Source: a virus. Taken from it: DNA of 64,000 nt. The stretch is taken from positions 55,537 to 119,536 of IMG/VR virus record IMGVR_UViG_3300044940_000489. One strand, 5' to 3'. A program made the translations under genes and the position numbers. Below are positions 47,491 through 57,792 of this stretch, in pieces. Under the pieces are notes generated by a model that saw only the letters and a program-made list of their open reading frames with translations, had not been told where the DNA came from and did no database searches. Every line of letters starts with the position of its first letter. Position 1 is the stretch's first letter.

Positions 47491-48269
47491 ATAATGCCGA
47501 GTCAATTAAGCAATTGAGGCAAAAGTACACTGAGACAAAATTTGCAGCAGAAATCGAGCTGCAGCAAATTCCACAGAGCACTAGGCCCGGATGGGAAGCC
47601 AAGAAGCGACGCGCAGCCGAAGAGCTACCCAAATTGTCTCTTGATCTGGCCGAATCCATCTTAAGTAACTCAGTGGCTATGCTTCTGTCATCAGATATGC
47701 CGAATCAAGATAAATTCATTGAATATCTGAAAAGCCAAGAGTCCAATACAATAGTTATCGACAATAATGCGTTGGCGGAGTTCTTCTTTAAAAATGTCTT
47801 TCAAGAAAATCGCTCCGATTCATACTCATTTGGGAGCGAGACGGCTGCAAAAATTAACAACTTGCTATACGAAGTTGGCATTCAATTACAATTAGTCGCG
47901 ATTGACGTTATTATGATACCAGGAACGCTGTCCGGCACAGTAAAGGGCCGCAAGGCTGCAGTGGATCGCTTGCGTCAGATTTTCTCGGCAACATATGGGG
48001 ACTCTTTTGAATTTGCCTACCTTAATGCCCAGATTAAGCAGTTGATTTTAAACAATTTATCTGCCGATCGGATGGCGGTAGTCATCACAAATGCTAATAT
48101 GTCTACAGCATCAAAATTATCTAGCGTTATGAGCAGAGTGGTGACAGTGTCTTCTAATGGCGGGAACGGCAAGGTACTAGTTTCGGAAGAGGATACGCCA
48201 GATGCCGTGCTAAAAGCTATTGTGGGCTCATTATCCAAAAAAAGAAAAGTTGACTCTAAAACAAATTAA
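47487..48269 (+). CDS. Hypothetical protein
   Basis: ATGA-coupled to dnaE. Confidence 0.6.
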   Translation: MNNAESIKQLRQKYTETKFAAEIELQQIPQSTRPGWEAKKRRAAEELPKLSLDLAESILSNSVAMLLSSDMPNQDKFIEYLKSQESNTIVIDNNALAEFFFKNVFQENRSDSYSFGSETAAKINNLLYEVGIQLQLVAIDVIMIPGTLSGTVKGRKAAVDRLRQIFSATYGDSFEFAYLNAQIKQLILNNLSADRMAVVITNANMSTASKLSSVMSRVVTVSSNGGNGKVLVSEEDTPDAVLKAIVGSLSKKRKVDSKTN

Positions 48270-48278
48270 TAATATTCT
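48250..48278 (+). promoter_or_regulatory. Sigma70-type promoter TTGACT-17-TATTCT
   Basis: Upstream of the SSB-RecA genes. Confidence 0.6.
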
Positions 48279-48325
48279 TATTTTAAGACACACTAAATAA
48301 CGCCCAAAGCGGCAAGGAGTATAAG

Positions 48326-49297
48326 ATGTCTATTGGTAAGTATGATCCAAATAAAGTTGACCGTCCCACATACGTTAAAAAGAAGTATTTTAACGTACAG
48401 CCAGGCAGCAATGTCTATCGCATTCTTCCGCCTTTTGGCTCACTTAAAGACAGTGGCCAAATCGCCTTCTATCGCGCAGTAATTTTTGTACAGTCCACAA
48501 AAGGGAAGCGGCCAGTTCCAACAATTATGAAAAAGGGTCGAGACGGCAGTATTATTACGCGATGCCCGCTTTTTGACAAAGTCGAAGCACTTAGCAAGTC
48601 AGTAGAGGCAATGGCAGCAGATCCCAATACAGATCCAACCGTGCTTGAAAACCGCAAAAAAATGGTTCAGTCGCTGTCACTTGACCGTGGCTATTATCTG
48701 AATGTCATCAACCAGGCAGGAGAGATTGGCGTACTAAAGATTCGATATACTGCATTCCAAAGCCTAAAGAAACGCCTAGAAGAACTTGCTTCTATGGGCG
48801 TTGATCCGATCAATCCGGGTCCAAATAACGGCGTATATTTTGATTTTAAGCGATACAAAGACGAAAAAGGCAAGACAGTGTACGAGGTTGTCCCTCTGCA
48901 GCGATCTTACAAAGATCCCAATACTGGCCGGTTAATTTCAGAAATGGCAATGGCACCAATTGATGATACTGTGGTCGCTCGCATGGAAAAAGAAGCATTC
49001 GATCTAAAGACTATGCACCGAACCTTTACAGAAGAAGAGATGTCACTCATTGCCACTCTCGATCCTAATACTATAGACCGAGTATTCGCGGCTCCACAAG
49101 AGTCTCGCGAAAGCCTCACTCCAGATGAGTTCGAGGCTGACGGTGAAGAAGAGGCAGCCAGCTTGGCTGTTCCTGCACAAACAACTAATGTAGCTACAGC
49201 CGGAAGACTATCTGCGCCAGTAGCCGCCACTGCGGTAGCACAGCCGATGTCGTCGCAAAGCGTTGTAGATATGTTTTTGTCAGGAAATAACAAGTAA
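48326..49297 (+). CDS. Single-stranded DNA-binding protein (gp32-like)
   Basis: G.N.YRILPP, CPL and YYLNVI motifs, acidic/low-complexity tail; upstream of recA. Confidence 0.65.
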   Translation: MSIGKYDPNKVDRPTYVKKKYFNVQPGSNVYRILPPFGSLKDSGQIAFYRAVIFVQSTKGKRPVPTIMKKGRDGSIITRCPLFDKVEALSKSVEAMAADPNTDPTVLENRKKMVQSLSLDRGYYLNVINQAGEIGVLKIRYTAFQSLKKRLEELASMGVDPINPGPNNGVYFDFKRYKDEKGKTVYEVVPLQRSYKDPNTGRLISEMAMAPIDDTVVARMEKEAFDLKTMHRTFTEEEMSLIATLDPNTIDRVFAAPQESRESLTPDEFEADGEEEAASLAVPAQTTNVATAGRLSAPVAATAVAQPMSSQSVVDMFLSGNNK

Positions 49298-49821
49298 TGA
49301 AAAACGCGTCTAGCTCATTAATAGGCGAACAGAAGATGCTTGAGGTTCCCCGAGGCCGGGGAACCGGTTCTCCAATTGCTTTTAATGCAACGCCAATTTA
49401 TGATGCCGTTAATCAAATCGATCAGGTGAGGCGGGCTACGGCCATAACATCCCCAGATCTAATGGCTACTTTTAATATGGCAATGCACACCACATCCAAG
49501 CTAATCTCGCTAATCGAGCTAGAAAAATCATATGCGGAGGCATCGCTAAGAGAGGCCAAGGCTGTTGCTATCCTGGATAGGGCGGATGCAATGCTTGCAG
49601 CAAGGAATATGAAGTCCACGGCAGACCTGCGGGAAGCCGTAGTAAATCTAGATCCAGATGTTGTTGGCGCCAAAGAGAGACTGGACAATCTTACTGCGAT
49701 GCTCACTTTCTTTACAAATACATATTATGAGCTTAGGGAAGCTTTATACAGTACTAAAAAAATATGCGATATTTATCTAAAATTACCTAACGACCCGAAT
49801 ACAGGGGGAGAGCGTCAATGA
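49297..49821 (+). CDS. Helical protein, possible recombination mediator (UvsY-like)
   Basis: STADLREAVV.LDPDV helical pattern; lies between SSB and RecA. Confidence 0.4.
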   Translation: MKNASSSLIGEQKMLEVPRGRGTGSPIAFNATPIYDAVNQIDQVRRATAITSPDLMATFNMAMHTTSKLISLIELEKSYAEASLREAKAVAILDRADAMLAARNMKSTADLREAVVNLDPDVVGAKERLDNLTAMLTFFTNTYYELREALYSTKKICDIYLKLPNDPNTGGERQ

Positions 49822-50855
49822 GTAGCGTAAATAAATGGATTAATCAGCTTAAAAAACATGCTGCAGCAGTAGACTATGAGGAGTCAGTAAACAGAAAACA
49901 AGTAGTGGCTAAGTCTTCTAGTCCTGGAATTAATTACTTGTTTGGCAAAGCTCATGGGATTAAGCCTGGATATACTGCAATGATTTATGGCCCAGCCAAA
50001 TCTGGTAAATCTTTGTTTTCATTAGATTTTGCGGCACAGCTGCACAGAGACGACCCTAATGCTATCGTGCTTCATTTTGATACAGAATACAGAGAAACAG
50101 TAACAACTTGGGCCCCTAAGTTCGGGATCGACATGAGCAGAATCGTCTCCTACTCTACCAACAATCCAGAGGAGATTTTTGATTTTATTGCTGACGACGT
50201 GCAGGCGATGCTCCAGGAGGGTGCCCCGATTAAGATGATTATTATTGACTCTCTTGCGATGATTAAGTATCCAAAAGAAGCAAATGCGGAGTCCACTACT
50301 AACCTGCTGATAGGTGACGGCGCTGCCTATTTGGCACGCGGCATGAAAGCTATCTTGCCAGTTATCCGTAAGCACGGCATCTACACCATCTTGTGTCAAC
50401 ACGTTAGGGCGAATATGGACCCCAATACTTCCAAATACCGTCCATATGTAATCCCAGGAGGATTCGCTTTAAAGCATTCGGTCGAGTACTGGATGCTGTG
50501 TCAAAAAATCGAATCTAAAGATACAAAGGTTTTTGATACAGATAAGAAAGACGGCTCCGGAAATCCCATCCAAACTGGACACGCAATTCGTGTAAAGATG
50601 GAAGAAAATTCTTTAGGTCCACAAAACAGGGCTATTGAAGTAAATCTTTCATACCAGAACGGTCTCGTTGACCATCATTTGGAAGTGGCTGAACTGGCCA
50701 AGAATATGGGCATCGTAGAGCGACCCAACAACGTCACCTACATTTTTGGCGAGTATAAATGGCGAGGATTCGAGGACTTTGCCAATGCCATTAAGGCGGA
50801 CGAGGCTCTTGCAAGCCAGCTTATTGAAAAAATTAAACAGCAAGATATTACTTAA
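49818..50855 (+). CDS. recA: RecA/UvsX-like recombinase
   Basis: GPAKSGKS, FDTE, IIIDSL and PGG.ALKH motifs. Confidence 0.9.
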   Translation: MSSVNKWINQLKKHAAAVDYEESVNRKQVVAKSSSPGINYLFGKAHGIKPGYTAMIYGPAKSGKSLFSLDFAAQLHRDDPNAIVLHFDTEYRETVTTWAPKFGIDMSRIVSYSTNNPEEIFDFIADDVQAMLQEGAPIKMIIIDSLAMIKYPKEANAESTTNLLIGDGAAYLARGMKAILPVIRKHGIYTILCQHVRANMDPNTSKYRPYVIPGGFALKHSVEYWMLCQKIESKDTKVFDTDKKDGSGNPIQTGHAIRVKMEENSLGPQNRAIEVNLSYQNGLVDHHLEVAELAKNMGIVERPNNVTYIFGEYKWRGFEDFANAIKADEALASQLIEKIKQQDIT

Positions 50856-50881
50856 AATGATATAATTATACGTGGTGTTCG

Positions 50882-51868
50882 ATGGAAAACAAGCTCAGGC
50901 TATTTTTTGAAAAATATAAAATAGTACCCGAGCAAGAGACGGCGCGAAGTTTTCTATTCGACTGCCCAGCCTGCTCAGGCAAAAAGAAGTTATATATTCA
51001 AAAAAAGGATGGCAGAGCCGCCTGCTTTAAGCAAGGAAATCCTGGTCAATGCCCATCTCCTGGGAGCACAGCGGTTTACGCTCTCAGCCTTCTGACCAAT
51101 CTCAGCATCAAGCAATGTAAGGAAGAGCTGTTTGGAGATGTGCCCCAAATACATGAATCTTTAGACGTTAAGCTCGATATCAGCACGGACACAGCCAGAA
51201 CAGAATTGCAGCCGTTAAAACCAGAGCAAATTCCAGCCGACCTGGCGCTCCCCGGCATGCCCGAATTTAATGCGGGACTATCCTACCTGGAGGGACGTGG
51301 ACTGGATTTGGCTACTATAAAAAAATACGGAATAGGTTATTCGCCAAATATGCGCAGAGTAATATTCCCTGTAATTATGAATAAAAAAATGTATGGATGG
51401 CAGGGACGCGCTATTGATAAAGTGGATAAGGCTTACCGGATGTATAATCTACCTGGAGAATGGAAGGCCCGAAGTCTTATGTTTTATGATAATATACTGA
51501 AGTCAGACTTTGCAATTCTAGCAGAGGGGCCGGTATCTGCGCTAAAGTTCGCTAAAGTCGGAAGATTCGTCGCGTCCATGGGAAAAGAAGTGAGTCGCGC
51601 TCAGTTAGAATTACTAGCGAATGCGGGAATTAAGAAGCTATACTTGGCTCTTGATAGGGATGCGTTTGACAAAAACGATAAGATTAGATATTCTATGAGT
51701 GCTCTTGGCGTGGAATGCTATAAAATTCCCGTCCCAGATCATAGAGATGATTTTGGCGACTGCACTTATGAGGAGTGCGAGAAAGCTTTTGGTGAGTCTG
51801 TAATGCTTCAGGATGCCTTAAGCACGGGCGAATGGGATATCAAATTAGATACTAAGAGGTTGTTTTAA
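50882..51868 (+). CDS. DNA primase
   Basis: CPAC zinc finger, YLEGRG, RVIFP...GWQGR, TOPRIM AEG and LALDRD. Confidence 0.9.
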   Translation: MENKLRLFFEKYKIVPEQETARSFLFDCPACSGKKKLYIQKKDGRAACFKQGNPGQCPSPGSTAVYALSLLTNLSIKQCKEELFGDVPQIHESLDVKLDISTDTARTELQPLKPEQIPADLALPGMPEFNAGLSYLEGRGLDLATIKKYGIGYSPNMRRVIFPVIMNKKMYGWQGRAIDKVDKAYRMYNLPGEWKARSLMFYDNILKSDFAILAEGPVSALKFAKVGRFVASMGKEVSRAQLELLANAGIKKLYLALDRDAFDKNDKIRYSMSALGVECYKIPVPDHRDDFGDCTYEECEKAFGESVMLQDALSTGEWDIKLDTKRLF

Positions 51869-53562
51869 TGGCCCTTATCCAGAACGATAAAGATATAGCA
51901 TTGCCTTTCAATGAGGCGTTTCAAGAATCTATAATTGGGCACTGTTTAAATGATTACAAGTTCTTTATACAGTGTAACGACAAGTTAAAGCCACAATGGT
52001 TCACGGCTAATCCCCTCATAGCGAACATTTTTGAGCAAATGCAGAAATCCTACAGGGCCAATAATGTGGCGGTCCGGTCAGCCGAAGAGCTTATGAATGA
52101 ACGCTTCTTCTTGCTTCAAAGCGAATCGGACCAGCAGAAGTACCGAGCTATTCTACAGAAAGCCGAATGGCAAGCTGGCGTGAAGGGCTTTGATCTGGGG
52201 AAGGTCAAAAAACAGCTTACGGGGTTTATCCGGCTGTGTCTATTCAAAGAAGCAATCGAAGGGGCGGCCCAAAAATACCGCTCATCTGGTCTTGATGACG
52301 CATACAGCTGGACTAAGGAGCGAATCAACCTAATTAAAGAAGCCTCTTTTGAGGATGACGCCCAGGTAATGTCGTTCTTACATCCACAAGAATGGCTCGC
52401 AGACGAACTGAAAGAATCCTCGGGCGCTATTTCCACGGGAAATAGGAAACTAGATTTCGCGCTTGGAGGCGGACTCTTTAAGGGCGAGACCACTGCAATT
52501 ATGGCCCCTGTGAATCAGGGGAAAAGCTCGTTCATGATTACGATTGCTAGGCACGCCATAAAGCAGGGCAAAAAAGTTCTTTGGCTAACTCATGAAGATA
52601 ACCCTAAAAAATTACGCCGCAAGATGCTCGCAGCGTTTTTAGGAGTATCCAAAAATACCCTCTCTAACCCAAAGAGCCTGGAAGATCCGCAGTTTAAAAA
52701 GGACATTAATGCGGCGGCATTCTATATTGACCAGCACCTGACCTATATCCCGTATAGTAAGATTTCTGGTATGTATATAGAAGACGTGGCGCAGGAGATC
52801 GAGAAAAGGCACAACGACCTGATTACCTCTACTGGGAAAGGCTACGACCTTATCGTAGATGATTATCCTAAAAAATTAAAAACTCGCAACAGAAATGCCG
52901 AAATGTACAGGACAGAGCTTGCTGAGGTTTACGACGTTTTTAATCACATAGCAATTAATCTAGACGTACATTGCTTTGTGGCCATTCAGACTAACCGCGA
53001 AGGACTCAAGCAAAATCTCGGCAAAGTAAAAAGTGACCAGCTGATCGGCATGGATTTGGTGGATGAGTCGTATGGCATTGCCCAAAACATGGGGAATATC
53101 ATTACGTTGAATCGTAGCCCAGAGGATAAGGTTTTAAATTTGGCTAGACTATCTATCACAAAGTCTCGCAATGATATTACTGACATTGCAGTTGTAACTC
53201 GTACCGCGTATGCCTGCACATTGACTCACGGCGATAAAGAAATGTTTACACCGGACTGCAATTTCTATCTACCAGATCCCGAGAACGCCCTAAAAAAGCG
53301 ATTGGTTGACTACAAGATAAGGATGCTGCCGGACTTCCCTTATAAAAATAGGGGTCATGCGTTAGATACTGGAGAATTCAGAATGCTCGCTTCCTGGGGG
53401 CAGGCGGATAACCGCGTAAGGCCATCGAGCGAAGTCAACGATCTGCTCTGTAAGATTGAGTCGGGCGAAATTAACGATAATGAAGATTATAATAATTTTG
53501 TTAATCAATTTATTTTAGATCCAAACAGAAACCATGAAATTGTGAAGGGAAAGACGGTGTAA
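51868..53562 (+). CDS. DnaB-like replicative helicase
   Basis: LGGGL..GE, APVNQGKS, IVDDY, QTNR and KSRN motifs. Confidence 0.9.
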   Translation: MALIQNDKDIALPFNEAFQESIIGHCLNDYKFFIQCNDKLKPQWFTANPLIANIFEQMQKSYRANNVAVRSAEELMNERFFLLQSESDQQKYRAILQKAEWQAGVKGFDLGKVKKQLTGFIRLCLFKEAIEGAAQKYRSSGLDDAYSWTKERINLIKEASFEDDAQVMSFLHPQEWLADELKESSGAISTGNRKLDFALGGGLFKGETTAIMAPVNQGKSSFMITIARHAIKQGKKVLWLTHEDNPKKLRRKMLAAFLGVSKNTLSNPKSLEDPQFKKDINAAAFYIDQHLTYIPYSKISGMYIEDVAQEIEKRHNDLITSTGKGYDLIVDDYPKKLKTRNRNAEMYRTELAEVYDVFNHIAINLDVHCFVAIQTNREGLKQNLGKVKSDQLIGMDLVDESYGIAQNMGNIITLNRSPEDKVLNLARLSITKSRNDITDIAVVTRTAYACTLTHGDKEMFTPDCNFYLPDPENALKKRLVDYKIRMLPDFPYKNRGHALDTGEFRMLASWGQADNRVRPSSEVNDLLCKIESGEINDNEDYNNFVNQFILDPNRNHEIVKGKTV

Positions 53563-53563
53563 T

Positions 53564-54004
53564 ATGAATAAAGTACTTAAAATGTCACTTATTGGCCTTA
53601 TCCTTTTTGCCCTGGGCGCGGCCTTGGGTAGATACTTGGCTCCAGAAAAAGTTGAAGTATTTAAAGAAGAGGTTATTAAAGAGGTCGAAGTAGTCAAGAA
53701 GGACGTGGTTTACGTAGAAAAAAAGATAACTCGGCCAGACGGAACAATTGAAGAAGAGCGGCGCATTGAGGACAAGTCCGAAACGGAGCGAAGCCGAGAT
53801 CAAGCAAGCAGGGAGTCCAAGATTGTGCAGAATGCCAAACCTCAATGGAAGGTGTCTGGGTTGGTAGAAACAAGCTACTTGAAAAAAAATTCTAGTCCAG
53901 TATATGGCATTAGCGTGGAGCGCCGTATTGCAGGCCCAATTTTTGTAGGGGCTTGGAGCACAACCGGGTCCAATTTTGGAGTATCCGTAGGGCTGGAATT
54001 TTAA
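53564..54004 (+). CDS. Membrane-anchored envelope protein
   Basis: N-terminal TM; C-terminal alternating beta strands ending in Phe (GVSVGLEF). Confidence 0.55.
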   Translation: MNKVLKMSLIGLILFALGAALGRYLAPEKVEVFKEEVIKEVEVVKKDVVYVEKKITRPDGTIEEERRIEDKSETERSRDQASRESKIVQNAKPQWKVSGLVETSYLKKNSSPVYGISVERRIAGPIFVGAWSTTGSNFGVSVGLEF

Positions 54005-54005
54005 C

Positions 54006-54257
54006 ATGAACCGGTGGAGCCCTATTAAATTTACGCATCATGAAATGGCGACTATAGCTGAAATAAAGAAGGCAATAGATAAGGGCTCTATTGGGCAAGC
54101 CAGCCTTAAAGAGACCGCACTAAATGTCTACATGCAGACCCCCGGCAGTTTATTCGGGGGCGAATATCTGGTAGAATATTCTTGGACTACTGCAGTTTTG
54201 GTTTATTTAAAAAATAAAGGCTTTAAAGTGGTGCCGGATGAACAAACGGAAGAGTAG
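54006..54257 (+). CDS. Hypothetical protein
   Basis: Co-oriented ORF. Confidence 0.5.
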   Translation: MNRWSPIKFTHHEMATIAEIKKAIDKGSIGQASLKETALNVYMQTPGSLFGGEYLVEYSWTTAVLVYLKNKGFKVVPDEQTEE

Positions 54258-54468
54258 AGTTATCCCAATTACTTATCGCGGAGAAGAGCTAGATAGCTCT
54301 AATCAGGCCTCTCTTTCATTTGATGCTATTGGAGTAAACGATTACTATCTTATAGATAGATTTTTAAACGGTTTTGAATTTGAAATTAGCTATCTGGATG
54401 ATGCAATAGGTGATCCGATAGCGAATCTTAATTTATATACACACGATCCTATTGATGGTTCCGACTAA
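54238..54468 (+). CDS. Hypothetical acidic protein
   Basis: Co-oriented overlapping ORF. Confidence 0.45.
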   Translation: MNKRKSRVIPITYRGEELDSSNQASLSFDAIGVNDYYLIDRFLNGFEFEISYLDDAIGDPIANLNLYTHDPIDGSD

Positions 54469-54523
54469 ATAAGAATTAAAGCTTATATTTTGAAAAACGC
54501 TTAATAAAATATAAAACACAACG

Positions 54524-55537
54524 GTGAATAAAATGTCTGTTAGCTCTAAAACCTCAAAATCGTTTAAAGTTAAAAAAATAACACAAATTAAAGACTTGCA
54601 GATAGGCGAAGATCTCCCCACTTCTGATCTGTGCATTACAAACGACGATACAATTCTTCAATTTGATTTTATTGAGCCCGAAGAGGACATGGTACCCAAA
54701 GTAACTGTAAAGCCCGGCGTATTCACTATACTTAAGAATTCTGTTGGCATTTCTTTGATACCTACAAAAATGGAAACGGGCAATGCTCTGGAATCAGTAG
54801 ATAATACGGCTCGAATAAAAAAAGAGCTGGAGAGTTTTTATGGCAAACTTCATATATATGAGGAACTTCAGCTGCCAAAGAAGCGAGCAATCTTGCTATA
54901 CGGTGAACCAGGAACAGGCAAAACCTTTTCTATCAAAAAAGCAGTGAACGACCTAATATCTCAAGATCCGGGGGTAACCGTTCTGATTTGGCCAACTTCC
55001 GAGATTAGCTCAGAGGTAGTTTCCAAATTTCTAAGCTTCGCCGCCGACTATACAAAAGACGTAACTAAGGTCGTTTTAATTATGGAAGATATCGGAGGAT
55101 CTGAAGAAGAGGTGTCAAGTCGGGTTCGCGAAGTAAGCTCCGGGATCTTGCAGCTTCTTGATGGAGTTAATGTAGTATTCAGATTGCCAACTTTTATTAT
55201 TGCAACGACTAATTTTCCGCAAAAACTGCTATCCAACCTGGCTGACAGGCCGGGACGGTTCGATGAGCTTATTGATATGCCACCTCCTCCACTGGAGCAA
55301 AAAATAGCTCTTTTAGAGTTTATTGCCAAAAGGCTACTTTCGGATGAAGAAAAAAATGCTCTTAAAATGAAGGGGGCAGACAAGCTCAGTATCGCCCACT
55401 TAAAAGAGATTATTGTCAGGACTAGAATTCATGACAAAACAATTAATCAAGTTGTTAAAGAAATGATTGAGCACAGGGCCAAGTTTGAAGCGGGGTTTGA
55501 AAAGCGACAAAAAATGGGCTTTTTTGACGAGGATTAA
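54524..55537 (+). CDS. Classic-clade AAA+ ATPase
   Basis: LLYGEPGTGKT, VLIMED, LDG, IATTN and RPGRFD. Confidence 0.9.
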   Translation: MNKMSVSSKTSKSFKVKKITQIKDLQIGEDLPTSDLCITNDDTILQFDFIEPEEDMVPKVTVKPGVFTILKNSVGISLIPTKMETGNALESVDNTARIKKELESFYGKLHIYEELQLPKKRAILLYGEPGTGKTFSIKKAVNDLISQDPGVTVLIWPTSEISSEVVSKFLSFAADYTKDVTKVVLIMEDIGGSEEEVSSRVREVSSGILQLLDGVNVVFRLPTFIIATTNFPQKLLSNLADRPGRFDELIDMPPPPLEQKIALLEFIAKRLLSDEEKNALKMKGADKLSIAHLKEIIVRTRIHDKTINQVVKEMIEHRAKFEAGFEKRQKMGFFDED

Positions 55538-56350
55538 ATGAGCACTATTAAAGCTTACACAGAAGAGAGCTTAATGAGCGGCATCGACGAGGCGCGGCGA
55601 AGAATATTCTTCGGAAAGCATCTCAGTGGAGATCCGGATGATACGACGGATTTTACGCAGGCTTCGGTAGAATTGGCAGTAAGAGCAATCCACAAAATGG
55701 CTTCAGACGCGCCGCATAAGCCAATAGAAATTCACATGAATTCCTATGGAGGCGACCCCACAGCCATGCTGTACCTCATGGACGTGATCCTTTCTTGTGC
55801 GTGCCAAATTAAATTTTTTGGTGGGGGCGCAATCGCAAGCTCAGCGACCTGGATTATGGCTGTATGCGATGAAAGGTACTTGTACCCAAATGCCATGATC
55901 TTAATTCACGCCGGTTCGAGTGCGCTTGAGGGCTCACATACTGATCTAGTCATTACCGTTGACAATGAAAAGAGACTGCAGGACCACTTAGAGTCCATAT
56001 ATGCCAATAATTCTAGAATGCCAAAAAGCTTCTGGCATGCAGTAGCTAAAAGGGACCTATGGCTGACGGCTGAGGAAACCATTGCACTGGGGCTGGCCGA
56101 TAAGCTTATTTTGCCCAAAAAGCGGGGGAACTTACGAAAAATAAGGCAGGCCCACTTAGGCCAAAAAAGCAATACGGCAAAAATGAAGAAATTAGTAGTT
56201 AAGTTGTTCGAGCGGATACAGCTGCCATTTGATGTGGAAAATATTACATTGAACGCACCTCCACAAGAGGAGGCCGATCCAAATGTGACCGTTGACTTGA
56301 CAGAGGCCGATAAATTGAGTATTATGATAGAACCAAAAGAAAACCCATGA
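55538..56350 (+). CDS. clpP: ClpP-like protease
   Basis: NSYGG, G.IASSA (Ser), LIH (His), RDLWLTAEE..LGLAD (Asp). Confidence 0.85.
   Translation: MSTIKAYTEESLMSGIDEARRRIFFGKHLSGDPDDTTDFTQASVELAVRAIHKMASDAPHKPIEIHMNSYGGDPTAMLYLMDVILSCACQIKFFGGGAIASSATWIMAVCDERYLYPNAMILIHAGSSALEGSHTDLVITVDNEKRLQDHLESIYANNSRMPKSFWHAVAKRDLWLTAEETIALGLADKLILPKKRGNLRKIRQAHLGQKSNTAKMKKLVVKLFERIQLPFDVENITLNAPPQEEADPNVTVDLTEADKLSIMIEPKENP
56297..56325 (+). promoter_or_regulatory. Sigma70-type promoter TTGACA-17-TATTAT
   Basis: Within the 3' end of clpP; abuts the left end of element 1. Confidence 0.7.
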
Positions 56351-56606
56351 CTTTAGTCGTGGGATGAATTTTTAAAAACTTAATAATATGTTAGTGGCGT
56401 TAATAAGTTTGGTGTAGTATAATATATAATGTGGTACTACCCATGATAGGGACATACTAGCAGCAAACAATATAAACAATTCGCATTAATGCGAACACTT
56501 GGTGGAGAGGGCAGCCTACCAAGTATAAATAAAGCCTGTGGAGCGATCAACGGTAGTTGGAGCAATGAAGCAGGAACCCCATGACTTTAGTCGTGGGAGC
56601 TGTCAG
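56326..56606 (+). mobile_element. Non-autonomous IS200/IS605 element 1 (281 bp; tnpB deleted, omegaRNA-like right end kept)
   Basis: Left end GATAGAAC plus CCCATGAC-TTTA-GTCGTGGG hairpin; tnpB remnant CGTTHDRDILAANNI (56430-56489); right-end hairpin plus AGCTGTCAG. Confidence 0.9.
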
Positions 56607-56629
56607 TGAAAATAATAAGGAGATTCCAG

Positions 56630-57181
56630 ATGGAAATAAACAGCAATAATTCCGAAGCTACAACACAATCTGATGCGCAGGCGACCACAGAGGTTACTGC
56701 AGCAAGTTCAGAGACTGCCACAGCGGCTACTGATACGGCTACCAATAAAACCGCTAGACAGATAAAAAATATTCGACGGAATCAAAAGAGATCACAAAAG
56801 GTGTGGTCTTTTTATATGCAAAAAGAGTCGAATCGAAGGCGCAAGCTCAAAACTCAATTAGAGGTACTTAGGGGCCAAATCGGCACTAAGAATTTTAAAC
56901 TACTTAAGACGTTGGCCACAACAGTCTCAGAGGCCACTAAAGACGAAAATGGCAATATAACTTCACCAGAATCTCGAAGCATTAATTATGAAATGCTCCT
57001 GAAAGAGGGGAAAAATTTAATTGTAATGCTAAGAGAAGAGCGCATGCGAGAAGGCAAGAGAAGCAGAAAGACCGGCACGTCTCGAAATAGGGCCCGCCAT
57101 AATTCTGCCTTCAGGTTCCTTTCTGCCAGAAACCTGGCGGCCTCGTCTGAGGAAGTGACTAAAACTGTAAAATCTGAATAA
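56630..57181 (+). CDS. Hypothetical basic protein with Thr/Ala-rich N-terminus
   Basis: Start re-called behind AAGGAG. Confidence 0.6.
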   Translation: MEINSNNSEATTQSDAQATTEVTAASSETATAATDTATNKTARQIKNIRRNQKRSQKVWSFYMQKESNRRRKLKTQLEVLRGQIGTKNFKLLKTLATTVSEATKDENGNITSPESRSINYEMLLKEGKNLIVMLREERMREGKRSRKTGTSRNRARHNSAFRFLSARNLAASSEEVTKTVKSE

Positions 57182-57441
57182 TGGGCCTGAGTTTCATAGC
57201 CATACCGATAATAGGCTCCGTAATCATGATGATTCTCGGGATCTCCTGGGAAGAGGCATTTTTACTTATGGGGCCCCTAATGTTAATCATTATTAGCCGC
57301 TATCTAACGACTAAAGCAATTGAAGAGCAGATTGCAGAAGAGCTTTCTGCCAAAAAATCTGAATGTCCGCCACACGAATGGCTCACTTCAGATGGAATAA
57401 TTAAATGCAAAAAATGCTTATTTAGAGTGGGTATCGACTAA
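57181..57441 (+). CDS. Two-TM protein with C-terminal Cys/His cluster
   Basis: CPPHEW...CKKC. Confidence 0.55.
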   Translation: MGLSFIAIPIIGSVIMMILGISWEEAFLLMGPLMLIIISRYLTTKAIEEQIAEELSAKKSECPPHEWLTSDGIIKCKKCLFRVGID

Positions 57442-57776
57442 TGTCTGAGCTTAAAAGCACCGGAATTAGGGTGTCTAAAGAATTCGCCGAGTCCTTGGCT
57501 CGGAAAATTAAAGATATACGGTACCGCTACGATATACCTCCTAATGCCCCTCTAATGAAGGGCAAGCTCTTTTGGGACGACGAAACGGTCTTAGAAATGG
57601 TAGTCTCTTCCGTAACCTCTGGCGGCCTCTTAACAGACGAAGACATGATTGGGGCCAGCCTTAATTTTGACCCAGCTTTTATAAAAGACGGTAAATACGA
57701 CAAATTAATACACGCCTGCTTAACCAAGCTGGCACAAATCGACTACAAACGCGAAACCAGCCTTGACTTCCATTAA
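57441..57776 (+). CDS. Hypothetical protein
   Basis: TAATG-coupled. Confidence 0.55.
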   Translation: MSELKSTGIRVSKEFAESLARKIKDIRYRYDIPPNAPLMKGKLFWDDETVLEMVVSSVTSGGLLTDEDMIGASLNFDPAFIKDGKYDKLIHACLTKLAQIDYKRETSLDFH

Positions 57777-57792
57777 TAAATAGTGCTATTAT
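57763..57792 (+). promoter_or_regulatory. Sigma70-type promoter TTGACT-18-TATTAT with extended -10 TG
   Basis: Abuts the left end of element 2. Confidence 0.65.
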
